From contig OY762492.1 in assembly GCA_963665845.2 (NCBI GenBank), positions 96,001-160,000 of the forward strand: a stretch of DNA of 64,000 nt, in the 5' to 3' direction. The DNA comes from Candidatus Poribacteria bacterium (lineage in GTDB: Bacteria; Poribacteria; WGA-4E; GCA-2687025). This document shows, piece by piece, positions 1 to 9,771 of the stretch. How positions within the stretch are numbered: the stretch's first letter is position 1; every line of letters begins with the position of its first letter. The position numbers were made by a program, and so were the translations under genes. The notes below the pieces were generated by a model. It made no database searches, had not been told where the DNA came from, and saw only the letters and a list, made by a program, of their open reading frames with translations.

Positions 1-513
1 CACCGAAAAGCGGACGGCGGCGGCTCCCTGCTGGACTACTGTTGCTACGGCGCCTGCATCTCCCGCTGGATGTTGGGCGAATCGCCCCAAGCGGTCATGG
101 GAATGGCGGCAAATTTCACGAGCGGATGGGGCGATGCGGACGACAACGCGGCGCTGCTTGTCCGTTACCCGTCCGCGATGGCGATTCTGGAATCGACATG
201 GAACTGCGTTAACCACGGCGTCTCGTCCCGCCATCTGATTTACGGAAGCGAAGGGACGCTGGCGATGGTTCCCGGCGGCGTTCAGGTGTTTAAAGACAGG
301 GGCGAAGGGGAGCTGCGCAAGCCGCAGCCGCTGCCTGAAAACCGAAACACCATGGCGAAGGAGCTGATTCATCATCTGGAAACGGGCGAGCCGATTCATC
401 CGACGCTGGACGCGCCGGTCAACATCGACGCGATGGCGATCTTGGACGCCGGGCTGCGTTCGGCGGAAAGCGGACAACTTGAAATGACGCGGTCCTTGGC
501 ATGGGCAACTTAA
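1..513 (+). CDS. Gfo/Idh/MocA family oxidoreductase, C-terminal part (5' truncated by window)
   Basis: Frame 1 is open from base 1 (HRKADGGGSLLDYCCYG...); GGGxLxDxxxY motif and DDNA/ESTW C-terminal domain features. Confidence 0.8.
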   Translation, partial: HRKADGGGSLLDYCCYGACISRWMLGESPQAVMGMAANFTSGWGDADDNAALLVRYPSAMAILESTWNCVNHGVSSRHLIYGSEGTLAMVPGGVQVFKDRGEGELRKPQPLPENRNTMAKELIHHLETGEPIHPTLDAPVNIDAMAILDAGLRSAESGQLEMTRSLAWAT

Positions 514-528
514 ACGAAGGAGAGAACG

Positions 529-1476
529 ATGCTGAAAGCAGGATTCATCGGAGCGGGCGGACGCGCGGCAGGCGCCCATTATCCGTCCGTCAACCGCCTT
601 GAGAATGTGTCGATGGCGGCGGTCGCGGAGCTGGACGAGGCGCGCGGACAGCGCGTCGTGGAGAGATACGACATTCCGAAATTCTACCGCGACCATCAGG
701 AGATGCTTGCGGAAACGGACCCCGACATCGTGTACTGCGTCATGAACGAGATCTACACGACGAAGCCGGCGATCGACTGCATGAACGCGGGCAAGCATGT
801 GTTCATTGAAAAGCCGCCCGGCGCGAACGCCGACGAAGCGGAGCGGCTGCGGGACGCGGCGGTTCAAAACGATGTGTACTGCGCTGTCGGCTTGCAGCGG
901 CGTTTCGCGTCGGTCACGCAGGAGGCGATGCGCCTTGTGAATGAGCGCGGTCATCCGACGCTTGTGACGGCGTCCTTCAACAAGCTGCTGCGCGGCGGAC
1001 CGGGCAACACGACGACGCTTTGGAACGATGTCATTCATATCGTCGATCTGGTGCGGTATATGGCGCAGAGCGAGGCGGCGGAAACGACCGCTTATCAGGA
1101 CTGTTTTGACGAAAACTGGCGCAACTGCTACACCAGCATGATCCGCTTTGAGAACGACGCGACCGGCATTGTGATGGGCAACCGCATATCGGGCGGGCGC
1201 GTTCTGCGGGCGGAGCTGCATGGGATCGGCGTCGGGTGCTATATGCGTCTGCCGGAGGGCGTTGAGATTTTGGCGGACAACCAGAAGCCTGTTTGGAAAA
1301 GCGGCGCCGAGATCGCCGGCAGCGAGGAAGGCGACGAGCCGCGCTATGAAGGCGTTTTGACGATGCATGAGCATTTTGCGTCATGCGTCCTGGACGGCGA
1401 GACGCCGATCAACGACATTCGGGACGTTGTCCATACGGCGCGGCTGACCGAGGCGCTGGAGGGGGACGCGGAGTAG
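529..1476 (+). CDS. Gfo/Idh/MocA family NAD(P)-dependent oxidoreductase
   Basis: GFIGAGG Rossmann start, GKHVFIEKP motif, AAGGAG RBS upstream. Confidence 0.9.
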   Translation: MLKAGFIGAGGRAAGAHYPSVNRLENVSMAAVAELDEARGQRVVERYDIPKFYRDHQEMLAETDPDIVYCVMNEIYTTKPAIDCMNAGKHVFIEKPPGANADEAERLRDAAVQNDVYCAVGLQRRFASVTQEAMRLVNERGHPTLVTASFNKLLRGGPGNTTTLWNDVIHIVDLVRYMAQSEAAETTAYQDCFDENWRNCYTSMIRFENDATGIVMGNRISGGRVLRAELHGIGVGCYMRLPEGVEILADNQKPVWKSGAEIAGSEEGDEPRYEGVLTMHEHFASCVLDGETPINDIRDVVHTARLTEALEGDAE

Positions 1477-1479
1477 CCG

Positions 1480-3768
1480 CTACTTCAACAGAACCATGCG
1501 CCGCGTCTCTGAAAAGCCGCCCGCCTGAATGCGCGCAAAGTACACGCCGCTGGCGGAAAGCGCGCCGAGGGCGTCGCGTCCGTCCCAGTAGGCGGCTTTC
1601 TCTTTGTCGCGGTAGGTTCCAGCCGGCAATTCGCCCAGCTGTAAAACGCGGACGGTTTGACCGGCGGCGTTGTAGATGGTGATCGTTACGGCGCTTTGTC
1701 TCGCTAAATCGAACGGGATCCATGTTTCAGGGTTGAACGGGTTCGGATAATTCGGCAAAAGCGCGTTTCTAAAGAGCGGCGAGTCAGGGCGTTTGGCGTC
1801 TGACCACTGGATCGGGAGATTTTCAAGGCGCCAAAGGAGAACGCGACCGTCCTGCCCGCCGCTGACAAGGGAGTTTCCGTCCGGCGAGAACGCGACCGCG
1901 TTGACCGATCCGTTCCGCCCTTCTATTGTCCGGTTCAGTTTGCCGGTTGCGGCGTTCCAAAGGCGTACCGTTCCGTCTTCGCCTCCGCTCGCCAGCGTCT
2001 GTCCGTCCGGCGAGAACGCGACCGATAGAACGCTTCTTTTATGCCCTTCCAGGATCGATCTCGTTTGCCCCGCCATCATATTCCAGAGTCGAATGGAGCC
2101 GTCCTTCCCTGCGCTCGCCAGCGTCAAACTATTTGGCGAAAAGGCGACCGAATTGACTTCGCTTTCATGACCTTCCAGCCGGCGCGTCAATCGTCTGCCG
2201 GAGACGTTCCAGATGAGAATAGTAGAGTCTTCGCCCGCGCAGGCAATCGCCTCCCCGTCCGGCGAAAAGGCGATGGAACGGAGTTCGCCTGGGAACATCA
2301 ACATTTTCAAAACCTCTCCCGTTGCGATGTTCCATACTCGAATATCCCCGTAGCTGCCTGTTTGGCTGAAAACGAGCCTTTTTCCGTCCGGCGAGAACGC
2401 CATGGCGCGCGCAGAATATATGTTCAGTTCCGCTGTCGTTTCGCCTGTGAGCGGGTCTATTATCCGAATCGCTCTATCGACGCTGACCGCGGCGCTCTTT
2501 CCGTCCGGCGACGCAACGGCGGCTTGGATTTGTTCAGCGCCCCGCTTCAAGCCGCCTGTTTTAACATCCCAAAGACGCGCGCGATTCTCGTCAGCGCTGA
2601 CGCTCAATACAGACAGCCCCTCCCGCATAAACGCGACCGAATCGATGCGGCTGCCATGCCCGATCATCTCCGTTACGGGCTGGCGATTTGCAATGTTCCA
2701 AGTCTGAATGTTCCCATGCCCTGGATCGGAGCCGGCCAGAGCGGAGCCGTCGGGCGCGAAGGCATGGATGTACAGATCAGCCTCGTTCTCCATGGCGGCT
2801 GCGATTCTGCCGGTTTCCACATCCCATACCCGACCGCCATTCGCCGCGCCGCGCAAGGCGACCCATCGGCTGTCGGGAGAGAATAGGGGCCAGATGTGTT
2901 TGCCTTCCAGTTCGGCTTTGATTTCTCCGCTTTCTAGGTTCCATAGAGAAACCGCGCCCTCTAGATCTTCGCTGACAAGCGACCTTCCGTCTGGGGAGAG
3001 TCCAGCTCTACTGAAATCGCCGCCGATGGAGCGTATCAGCGCGCCGGTTTCCGCGTCCAGAAGATGAGCGGTTTGGAGACGCTGGGCGGGGGCGTCGTTC
3101 GATTGCTTCTCAAAGGTGAGAACGGACAGTGAGCGTCCGTCAGGGAGAAACGCCACTTGGCGGGCTTGGGCGTTGGGCGCATTTTTTATGGACGCGGTCA
3201 TCTTCGCCGTTTCCACATTCCAGATATAAACGCTGTCCGTTCCGCCGGCGGCGATGAGGCGTCCGTCGGAGGAGTAGTCGATCGATCTTATGAAGCCGCT
3301 GACGCCGCTCAATTCGGTACGTATGCCGCCGGTCTCGATGTCCCATACGAGAATTTTTCCATCCCAGACCTCGCTGCCCGCGAAGGTTTGACCATCGGGA
3401 GAAAACGCCCCGGCAGTCACAACGCTTGTTTGATCCAGCGGCTTCACTTGTCCAGTTTCAACATCCCATACGAAAGCCGACATCATCGCATAGCCGGCGA
3501 GGTAACGTCCGTTGGGTGAAAACTGTACCTTATCGACGCGCCAGTCAAGCATTTGTAACGTTTTCTTTTTCGCGCCTGTTGAGGCGTCCCATAGAATCAC
3601 GGCTCCATCCGTCCCTCCGCTTGCGAGGGTCCGGCTGTCTGGAGAGTAGTCCGCCGAAACGACATCTCCAGGATGAAAGCCGATCTGCTTCTGCGCCTTT
3701 CCGTTCTCAATCGGCCAACCGAAAACTGCCAACGCCAGCATCGTCCAAACAAACGCGCGCTTCATCAT
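1480..3768 (-). CDS. Secreted WD40-repeat protein with C-terminal FlgD-Ig/T9SS-A-like domain
   Basis: Signal peptide MMKRAFVWTMLALAVFG; ~15 xSPDG..W-D units; C-terminal LLPNYPNPFNPETWIPF...WDG...SGVYF...RRMVLLK. Confidence 0.9.
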   Translation of the reverse strand: MMKRAFVWTMLALAVFGWPIENGKAQKQIGFHPGDVVSADYSPDSRTLASGGTDGAVILWDASTGAKKKTLQMLDWRVDKVQFSPNGRYLAGYAMMSAFVWDVETGQVKPLDQTSVVTAGAFSPDGQTFAGSEVWDGKILVWDIETGGIRTELSGVSGFIRSIDYSSDGRLIAAGGTDSVYIWNVETAKMTASIKNAPNAQARQVAFLPDGRSLSVLTFEKQSNDAPAQRLQTAHLLDAETGALIRSIGGDFSRAGLSPDGRSLVSEDLEGAVSLWNLESGEIKAELEGKHIWPLFSPDSRWVALRGAANGGRVWDVETGRIAAAMENEADLYIHAFAPDGSALAGSDPGHGNIQTWNIANRQPVTEMIGHGSRIDSVAFMREGLSVLSVSADENRARLWDVKTGGLKRGAEQIQAAVASPDGKSAAVSVDRAIRIIDPLTGETTAELNIYSARAMAFSPDGKRLVFSQTGSYGDIRVWNIATGEVLKMLMFPGELRSIAFSPDGEAIACAGEDSTILIWNVSGRRLTRRLEGHESEVNSVAFSPNSLTLASAGKDGSIRLWNMMAGQTRSILEGHKRSVLSVAFSPDGQTLASGGEDGTVRLWNAATGKLNRTIEGRNGSVNAVAFSPDGNSLVSGGQDGRVLLWRLENLPIQWSDAKRPDSPLFRNALLPNYPNPFNPETWIPFDLARQSAVTITIYNAAGQTVRVLQLGELPAGTYRDKEKAAYWDGRDALGALSASGVYFARIQAGGFSETRRMVLLK

Positions 3769-3783
3769 GTCAAGCCTTTCTCT

Positions 3784-3951
3784 CTGACCTCACGTCTTAA
3801 GTTAGGACATGCCGGCATGCGAACGCGGACGTCTTCTGAGGCGCCTCTAGATTCCCGCTTACGCGGGAATGACGGTTTGGTTGGCGGCGCCTTTTTCCCA
3901 TGAATAGAGCGATCGTCTGTCCAAATGTCCCAACTCTCGGCATGAGGTCAG
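3784..3951 (+). mobile_element. MITE copy 1
   Basis: Imperfect 27-bp TIRs (CTGACCTCACGTCTTAAGTTAGGACAT / revcomp CTGACCTCATGCCGAGAGTTGGGACAT); TTTCTCT on both flanks (3777-3783, 3952-3958); internal ATTCCC-N8-GGGAAT at 3851-3870. Confidence 0.8.
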
Positions 3952-4103
3952 TTTCTCTGTAAAACCGCCGTTGAATGCGCATACGCAAGAATAGCGCCAA
4001 CGCAGAAACCCGCTGAATGTCGGAGATCGTGTGAAAAAGCGCGTCCGGGATGGACGTTATGGTACGCGCGCGTGACGAAAACGTACGCTGTAGAACCATT
4101 CGG

Positions 4104-5423
4104 TTATGTTTTTTGCGGACGCTCCTTCGCCGCGGGGAACAGGACGTTGTTTAAAATGAGGCGGTAGCCTGGGGAGTTGCGATGCAGGTTCAGGTCGGTC
4201 GGCTTCTCCCCGACCAGATGCCGGTAATCTTCCGGGTCATGCCCGGCGAGATAGGTGAAGAAGCCCTTGCCGAATTTCCCGTGGATATACTTCACATAGT
4301 CGGTTCCGCGCATATCGCCCAGTATCGTGATGGAGTTTTTGAGCAGGCTGCGCCGAAACGAAGTCGTCTGCCCCAGAAAACCGCGCACCTGCGCCACATG
4401 GCACTGCGTCAACATCGTCGGTATCGGATCGTATTTGGCGGAAAATTCAAATAGGGTGAAATTCTCCGTCCCGGTGTCGCCGTGCAGGTCCGGATCAGGG
4501 TTGTCAATATCCGAGAATTCGTACACCAACGGGTCCGGGATCAGCTTGAAGTTTTCAAACGCAAGCGTTTTGTTGTAGTTCAGCTTCTGCGCGTAACTTG
4601 AATCGATGGGCGATCCGTCCAGCTCTGACGCGACGATGTCGACCTTGCCTTCTTCGGCGGCGAGCGCGATGTCCAGCGTCTCCGGCGCGGAACACATCGC
4701 AAAGACGAACCCGCCCGACGCGATATATTCGCGTATTCCCGCCGCGACGCTCCCTTTCGCTTCGGCGACGCGGTCGAAGCCGAGCCGCTGCGCCTCCGCC
4801 TTGAAAAGCGCCGTTCGCTGCTGGTACCAGAAGACGCTGCGGTAGGCGCCGTGGAATTTGCCGTGCTGCCCCGTAAAATCCTCATGGTGCAGATGGAGCC
4901 AGTCGTACGTTTCGATGTTCACTTCGCCGCGCACGACCTGCTCATCCCAGACCGTTTCGTAAGGTATTTCGGCGTATTCGAGCGCCATTTTGACAGCGTC
5001 GTCCCACGGGTCTTCAAAGAGCGAGCCGTCCGGCGGGGCGTAAACCGCGATCTTCGGCGCCTTCTCCAGCGTAACGACATCCATATTGCCGTCCGCCATG
5101 ACCGTTTTGATGGCGCGTATCTGCGCGTCGGTCACCGGCTCCAAGGCGACGCCGCGCGACAACGCCCAGCTGCGCACATCGGGTCTGTCCTCCAGCAGAA
5201 ACGCTCCGCCGCGGTAGTTCAGCAGCCATTCCGCTTTATAGAAGCGCGGCTCCTGAAGCGTCCAGTAGGTTAGCCCGTATGCTTTCAAGTGATCCGTCTG
5301 CTGGTCGTCCATCGGCGCGAGCAGTCCGTCCGCATGCGCCGCCGCGGAAACAAAGAGCAGAGCCGCCAGAATCGCGCTAAAATTCGCGTATTTTGATATT
5401 TTTAAACCAAACCTTTCCGCCAT
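4104..5423 (-). CDS. Secreted conserved protein (family often mislabelled 'asparagine synthetase B'; class-I GATase-like region)
   Basis: Signal peptide ending AAAHA; QTDHLKAYG, WLLNYRGG, PWDDAV, WLHLHHEDFTGQHGKF, FAMCSA, GYRLILNN motifs; start moved to the ATG at 5423. Confidence 0.7.
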   Translation of the reverse strand: MAERFGLKISKYANFSAILAALLFVSAAAHADGLLAPMDDQQTDHLKAYGLTYWTLQEPRFYKAEWLLNYRGGAFLLEDRPDVRSWALSRGVALEPVTDAQIRAIKTVMADGNMDVVTLEKAPKIAVYAPPDGSLFEDPWDDAVKMALEYAEIPYETVWDEQVVRGEVNIETYDWLHLHHEDFTGQHGKFHGAYRSVFWYQQRTALFKAEAQRLGFDRVAEAKGSVAAGIREYIASGGFVFAMCSAPETLDIALAAEEGKVDIVASELDGSPIDSSYAQKLNYNKTLAFENFKLIPDPLVYEFSDIDNPDPDLHGDTGTENFTLFEFSAKYDPIPTMLTQCHVAQVRGFLGQTTSFRRSLLKNSITILGDMRGTDYVKYIHGKFGKGFFTYLAGHDPEDYRHLVGEKPTDLNLHRNSPGYRLILNNVLFPAAKERPQKT

Positions 5424-5970
5424 GGTCTTGCAGCCCGATATGCCCCTTTCGGGGGAGATCCGCCCATGCGTTTCGGAACTTCGTACGGCTGCCGTCAAGG
5501 TTTTCATTCGGCTTCGTCCATTGCGAAATGTCCGCCTCAACGACCGTCTCGCCGTTCAGGTCGATGCGGATGTCGCTGCCGTCGCAGACGATCGTTGTCG
5601 AGTTCCATTCGCCGGCGGGTTTCATCATCTGCTTCGCCGGCGGAACCAGCTCATACAACGCCCCGCAGTCATGCTTTCCGACGCGGTTTTCGCCTGGCGT
5701 GTCCAGTATCTGCATCTCCAAGCCCGTATGAACGGGGTCGTTCAGGTTTGACCACTGAAAGAAGATGCCGCTGTTGCAGCCGGGGACGATCTTCCAGTCG
5801 ATGCGCAATTCGTAGTTCTCGTACGCTTTTTCGGTGTGGAGGTATCCGCCTCTCTGGGCGAGGCAGGCGATCGTTCCGTCTTCAACGACCCACCCGTCGG
5901 GGTTGCCGGTCGCTTTCCATCCGTTCAGCGTTTCGCCGTCGAACAGGCTTGTCCATTCCTCGTTCGCCAT
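5377..5970 (-). CDS. DUF1080 / 3-keto-disaccharide hydrolase family protein
   Basis: LFDGETLNGW, NSGIFF, EMQILD, GEWN, GHIGLQDHG, FKNIKIRE. Confidence 0.9.
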   Translation of the reverse strand: MANEEWTSLFDGETLNGWKATGNPDGWVVEDGTIACLAQRGGYLHTEKAYENYELRIDWKIVPGCNSGIFFQWSNLNDPVHTGLEMQILDTPGENRVGKHDCGALYELVPPAKQMMKPAGEWNSTTIVCDGSDIRIDLNGETVVEADISQWTKPNENLDGSRTKFRNAWADLPRKGHIGLQDHGGKVWFKNIKIREF

Positions 5971-6009
5971 GTGGTCTCCTTGCTCTTGTATGCGCGCGGG
6001 TTGTCAGAT

Positions 6010-6039
6010 ATTGTGGCGCATACGGGGCTGTTTTGTCAA
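6010..6039 (-). promoter_or_regulatory. Putative sigma70 promoter for DUF1080 gene
   Basis: TTGACA-N18-CACAAT on the minus strand, 40 bp upstream of the ATG. Confidence 0.45.
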
Positions 6040-6144
6040 TGCCGTTTGCGTTTTCAAGCGTCATGCGGTACTGTTTGTTTAAGGGCTTAGGCTCCGATAA
6101 ACCAGGCGGATACGGATTGAACCATAGACCAGAAGGAGCATGGC

Positions 6145-6816
6145 ATGGCGGAGAAAGTGAAGAAGGGCGTCGTCGCATTAAATCAGGACGAGAAAATCGA
6201 ATCTCTCGAGAAGAAAATCGACGGTAATTATGAAGACCTGAGCAATAAAATCGACGAAAACGGCAGGAATATCGCCCGAAACGCCGAAAAAATTGACCGA
6301 AACGCCGAAAAAATTGACCGAAACGCTGAAAAGATTGACCATCTGGACACAAGGCTCGAGGAGGCAGTGCGTAGATTGGACCACCTTCGGGGGAGCGACC
6401 TAGAAAAGTCGATGCCGAAAAGAATCGGGTCTCACCTCAACACCAAAATGGGACTGCGGAATCAAACCATTTTGCTGAGCGCCCTGCATGATATGGATAA
6501 GGAACTGACGCAAACCCTATACAGGGCGTTGGATGACGGGCTGTTGACGCATGAAGAGTATTCGCGCATTTTCGATACCGATCTCATTGTGAGGGCGTTC
6601 ACACCGGACGGCGGGGAGGTCTGGCTCGCGCTTGAAATTTCCTCCACCATCAATGACGACGACATTGAACGCGCTCTCAAATCTGCCGACATCATACAGC
6701 GCGTACTCGAAAAACAATCGGTCGCCGCAGTCGCAGGATACACGATGCCAGCCCCGCAGGCTGAAAAAGCCGTAGAAATGAACGTCGAAGTTCTTGTCTT
6801 CAGCGAGCGTCTCTGA
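6145..6816 (+). CDS. Coiled-coil protein with C-terminal PD-(D/E)xK-like (DUF3782-type) domain
   Basis: Heptad repeats RNAEKID; C-terminal DTDLIV...LALEIS...DDIERA; AAGGAG RBS. Confidence 0.6.
   Translation: MAEKVKKGVVALNQDEKIESLEKKIDGNYEDLSNKIDENGRNIARNAEKIDRNAEKIDRNAEKIDHLDTRLEEAVRRLDHLRGSDLEKSMPKRIGSHLNTKMGLRNQTILLSALHDMDKELTQTLYRALDDGLLTHEEYSRIFDTDLIVRAFTPDGGEVWLALEISSTINDDDIERALKSADIIQRVLEKQSVAAVAGYTMPAPQAEKAVEMNVEVLVFSERL
6277..6339 (+). repeat. In-frame 21-bp tandem repeat x3 (RNAEKID)
   Basis: CGAAACGCCGAAAAAATTGAC twice, then CGAAACGCTGAAAAGATTGAC. Confidence 0.9.
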
Positions 6817-6825
6817 CGCTGGACA

Positions 6826-7203
6826 ATGTTTGGAGCGGCGGTGCGCGATCTGCTCTATGTAGGCATCGGCGGTTTTTTTGGCGCGGCGTGCCGTTATCTT
6901 GTGTCGGTCTGGGCGCGCGGCTGGACGGCGCAGTTTCCGTTTGGAACGCTGACGGTGAATGTTCTTGGGTCGTTGGCGCTCGGTTTTGGCGCGGCGTTCT
7001 TAACAAAAGAGCCGCTGCGTTTATGCGCTGCGGTCGGTTTTTTAGGCTCGTTCACCACCTTTTCCGCTTTCAGTTATGAATCGATGCTGCTGTGGGAAAA
7101 CGGGCGCTGGGCGGCGTTTTTGTTGAACGCGGCGCTGAATGTGGTCGCGTGTCTGGGCGCGGCGGGGCTAGGGATGTACGCAAGCCGCGCATTGACGTCG
7201 TAA
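6826..7203 (+). CDS. crcB: Fluoride efflux channel CrcB/FluC
   Basis: GGFFGAACRY, FPFGTLTVNVLGS, GFLGSFTTFSAF. Confidence 0.93.
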   Translation: MFGAAVRDLLYVGIGGFFGAACRYLVSVWARGWTAQFPFGTLTVNVLGSLALGFGAAFLTKEPLRLCAAVGFLGSFTTFSAFSYESMLLWENGRWAAFLLNAALNVVACLGAAGLGMYASRALTS

Positions 7204-7219
7204 TTTGGGAGGCGTTTTG

Positions 7220-9211
7220 ATGGAAAACTCCAAGGCGAACCAAGCGGAATCGCTGCGCAAAGAGCTGGCGGGGCGAGAGCGTTACTCCTTTTCGCGCGGC
7301 TGGTGGGTTTGGGACCGCCTGCGCTATCGTTATGTGGAGGGCGGACGAAAAGACAGCGCCGCCTTTCAACAGCTGGAGGCGGCTTTCCGCGCGCTCATTC
7401 TGGACTGGCATGAGAAGCTGGAAGCGAAGGGCGAAGGCGGGCATATGTATCTCTACTTCACGACGCGAACGGGAACGCGCCGCGAAGAGATCATCGACCA
7501 GGACGGGCGCATTCTCCGCCGAGACCTCCACGGCGGCGGATACCATGGCGGATGGGGCGGCGCCGCCCGCATGCGCGTCTATGAAGAGCTGGCGAACCAG
7601 GGCGCGCTATCCGACAGCGACCAAGAGCGGTTTCGTCGGCTTGTTCATCAAAGCATGGAGAAGCGGTTTATCGACTTTAAAGCGAAAACGCAATCCGCCA
7701 ACAACCACTCTTACGGCAACGCGGGCGGCGTCGCTTTGGCGCTCAAGCTGTTTCCGGACGCGCCTCAAGCGGAGGAAGCGGAAGCATGGATCCACCGCAT
7801 ATGGCGGCATCTGTCCGATTTCGGCGACTGGAAAGAATGGAATTACTACCCGTACGGTCCCATCTTCCTGCATGGCATGCTGGACATCGCCGAAGCGGCG
7901 GGGCGCATCGACTCCGACCGCGCGCTGATTCAGACGATCGGCGATCGGTGCCTCGGATTTGTGCGGGCGGGCGTTCGCGGCAATCCGAATTGCGGTTCGC
8001 CGACTCGAAAAGAGCTGCCCGCCGTTTACGAGGACCCTTGGAATGTCGGGTATTACGAGGTGGAGACCTCCGCGCGGGATGCGCATTTTTGGCGGCGCAT
8101 GGCGCGTCATTTTGAAAAGCCTGAATATCTTTGGGCGGCGGAGCAGGTTTCGTTGGGCGGGCGTCCGCCTGACAGAGACGCGCCGCGCGATTATGAAGCC
8201 GCCTACAGACGCGCTTTTGGATGGTTCGCCGACCGCGGAATACATCCGCGCGCTCCTTCCGGAGAAGCCAGCGTCGGCATGCTCAGCCCTGGAAAGCATA
8301 ACATACCGGAGCGGCTTTATTTGAGCTCTAGCCGGGAGCCGGGCGCGTCCTTCGCCTCCTTTTTTCTTTATGACAAAAAAGAGGCGCATCTGGACAATCT
8401 AGGCGGCTTTTTATATGAGTACGCCGCAAACGGCGCCAAGTTTCTCCACTGCTCCGGCAAGTATAACAACGTCTATTCAGGCGATGTTCTGCGCGGCGGC
8501 GGGGCGGGCGAATCGAGTCTCGACCTGCTGGTTGCCGTCCACAAGCGGCATGCGTTTCCGCATCACCCAAACCGCAAAGGCGATGAGCGCGATCCGATGC
8601 GCATGGGGCAGATTCAGCTGGACGCCGATTCCCCCATAGCAGAAAACAACGCAGACGGCGACGCCTACGGGCATTTCACATTTCACCGCTACTACGGCGC
8701 CGACAGCCGATGGACGCGCCGCGCGATGCTCACAACGGAAGGCGTACTCATCATCGCGGACGAGTACGTCCCGGGCGCCTCGCTTGGAGAAGCGTATCAG
8801 GCGGGACCGGTATGGCATCTCGCGGCGGAAGAAGGCATGAGAACAGGCGCGCAGGAAGCGAACTGGTTCTCCGCGCCGGCGCTGGATCATGCCTGGTGGC
8901 AGAACGCGCCTCAACGGGTCGCGCTCTATTTTCATCCGGACGCGGGCAACCGGTACGGCTCCGTTCAGCAGACCGTTTCTCAAGACATCGGCGGCCGAAA
9001 TACCGCTGTCTTCGCCTACCGCCCTGTGAGCGCTGAAGAAACGGCGCGCTTTTTGAGCGTCTTCGTTCCGTTCGGCGCGGATGCGTCGGATGAAGAAACC
9101 GCCGCGCAGATTAAAACCTCGCTGTCCGAATCGGGCGACTATGCGGTTGAGATTGGGAATATCGCAGCGCGGATGGAGGCGGGAGGCGGCTGGTCGGTTC
9201 TCCGTAAATAG
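7220..9211 (+). CDS. Hypothetical protein, possibly polysaccharide lyase (alginate lyase/heparinase II-like architecture)
   Basis: GGAGG RBS before ATG 7220; helical N-half with NNH motif and W-E..Y..Y segment; beta-rich C-half with H-D. Confidence 0.45.
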   Translation: MENSKANQAESLRKELAGRERYSFSRGWWVWDRLRYRYVEGGRKDSAAFQQLEAAFRALILDWHEKLEAKGEGGHMYLYFTTRTGTRREEIIDQDGRILRRDLHGGGYHGGWGGAARMRVYEELANQGALSDSDQERFRRLVHQSMEKRFIDFKAKTQSANNHSYGNAGGVALALKLFPDAPQAEEAEAWIHRIWRHLSDFGDWKEWNYYPYGPIFLHGMLDIAEAAGRIDSDRALIQTIGDRCLGFVRAGVRGNPNCGSPTRKELPAVYEDPWNVGYYEVETSARDAHFWRRMARHFEKPEYLWAAEQVSLGGRPPDRDAPRDYEAAYRRAFGWFADRGIHPRAPSGEASVGMLSPGKHNIPERLYLSSSREPGASFASFFLYDKKEAHLDNLGGFLYEYAANGAKFLHCSGKYNNVYSGDVLRGGGAGESSLDLLVAVHKRHAFPHHPNRKGDERDPMRMGQIQLDADSPIAENNADGDAYGHFTFHRYYGADSRWTRRAMLTTEGVLIIADEYVPGASLGEAYQAGPVWHLAAEEGMRTGAQEANWFSAPALDHAWWQNAPQRVALYFHPDAGNRYGSVQQTVSQDIGGRNTAVFAYRPVSAEETARFLSVFVPFGADASDEETAAQIKTSLSESGDYAVEIGNIAARMEAGGGWSVLRK

Positions 9212-9316
9212 GACTGCATTTGCAGTTAAGTTTGGGCAGCTTTGACGGTGAATGCGGACAATGTCTGACGGACTCTGGATTCCCGCGCGTTAACCGCAAG
9301 GGCGGGAGCGTCTGTG

Positions 9317-9345
9317 TTGAGTTTTTGCAGCCGCAGGGCTAATAT
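9317..9345 (+). promoter_or_regulatory. Putative sigma70 promoter
   Basis: TTGAGT-N17-TAATAT upstream of the ORF at 9380. Confidence 0.4.
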
Positions 9346-9379
9346 ATACGCGTCCTCGTCTTTTATTCGGAGCGCTTGA

Positions 9380-9724
9380 ATGACCCGATTTTCGTTTCAA
9401 CGCCGCGTTCGCACCCTTTCCTCTGAACAATACGCCATTTTCGACAACGAGGCGGATCTGCCGACCCAAGCGGTTGGGCAGGCGGACATCCATTACAGTA
9501 TGGACGCTTTTCGATTTTCGGCGTCGATTGTGCTGATGCAGGATGCGTTGGACGAGGAGAGCGTGGAGGAGCTGATTGCGGCGTTGGACGCCGCCGCTCT
9601 TGCCGCCTCCAACGGGGGCGCAGATCGGCATGTGGTCGTCTTTTTTGCCTCCGACAGCGCGGTGTACGATTTTGGAGACGAAGACAGCGAAGAGGAGTTC
9701 ACAGGAGAAATCCAGGTGGTATGA
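9380..9724 (+). CDS. Small acidic hypothetical protein
   Basis: GGAG RBS; 114 aa with acidic C-terminus; host-like codon usage. Confidence 0.65.
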   Translation: MTRFSFQRRVRTLSSEQYAIFDNEADLPTQAVGQADIHYSMDAFRFSASIVLMQDALDEESVEELIAALDAAALAASNGGADRHVVVFFASDSAVYDFGDEDSEEEFTGEIQVV

Positions 9725-9771
9725 TCATCTTCGCGCCGCGCTCAATTCAACTTCAAGATGGAGAAACAACC

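Noticed and set aside
6040-6825. Fluoride riboswitch upstream of crcB
   Set aside because: No GGCGATGGxGTTCGCC-like core is visible upstream of crcB or of the preceding gene
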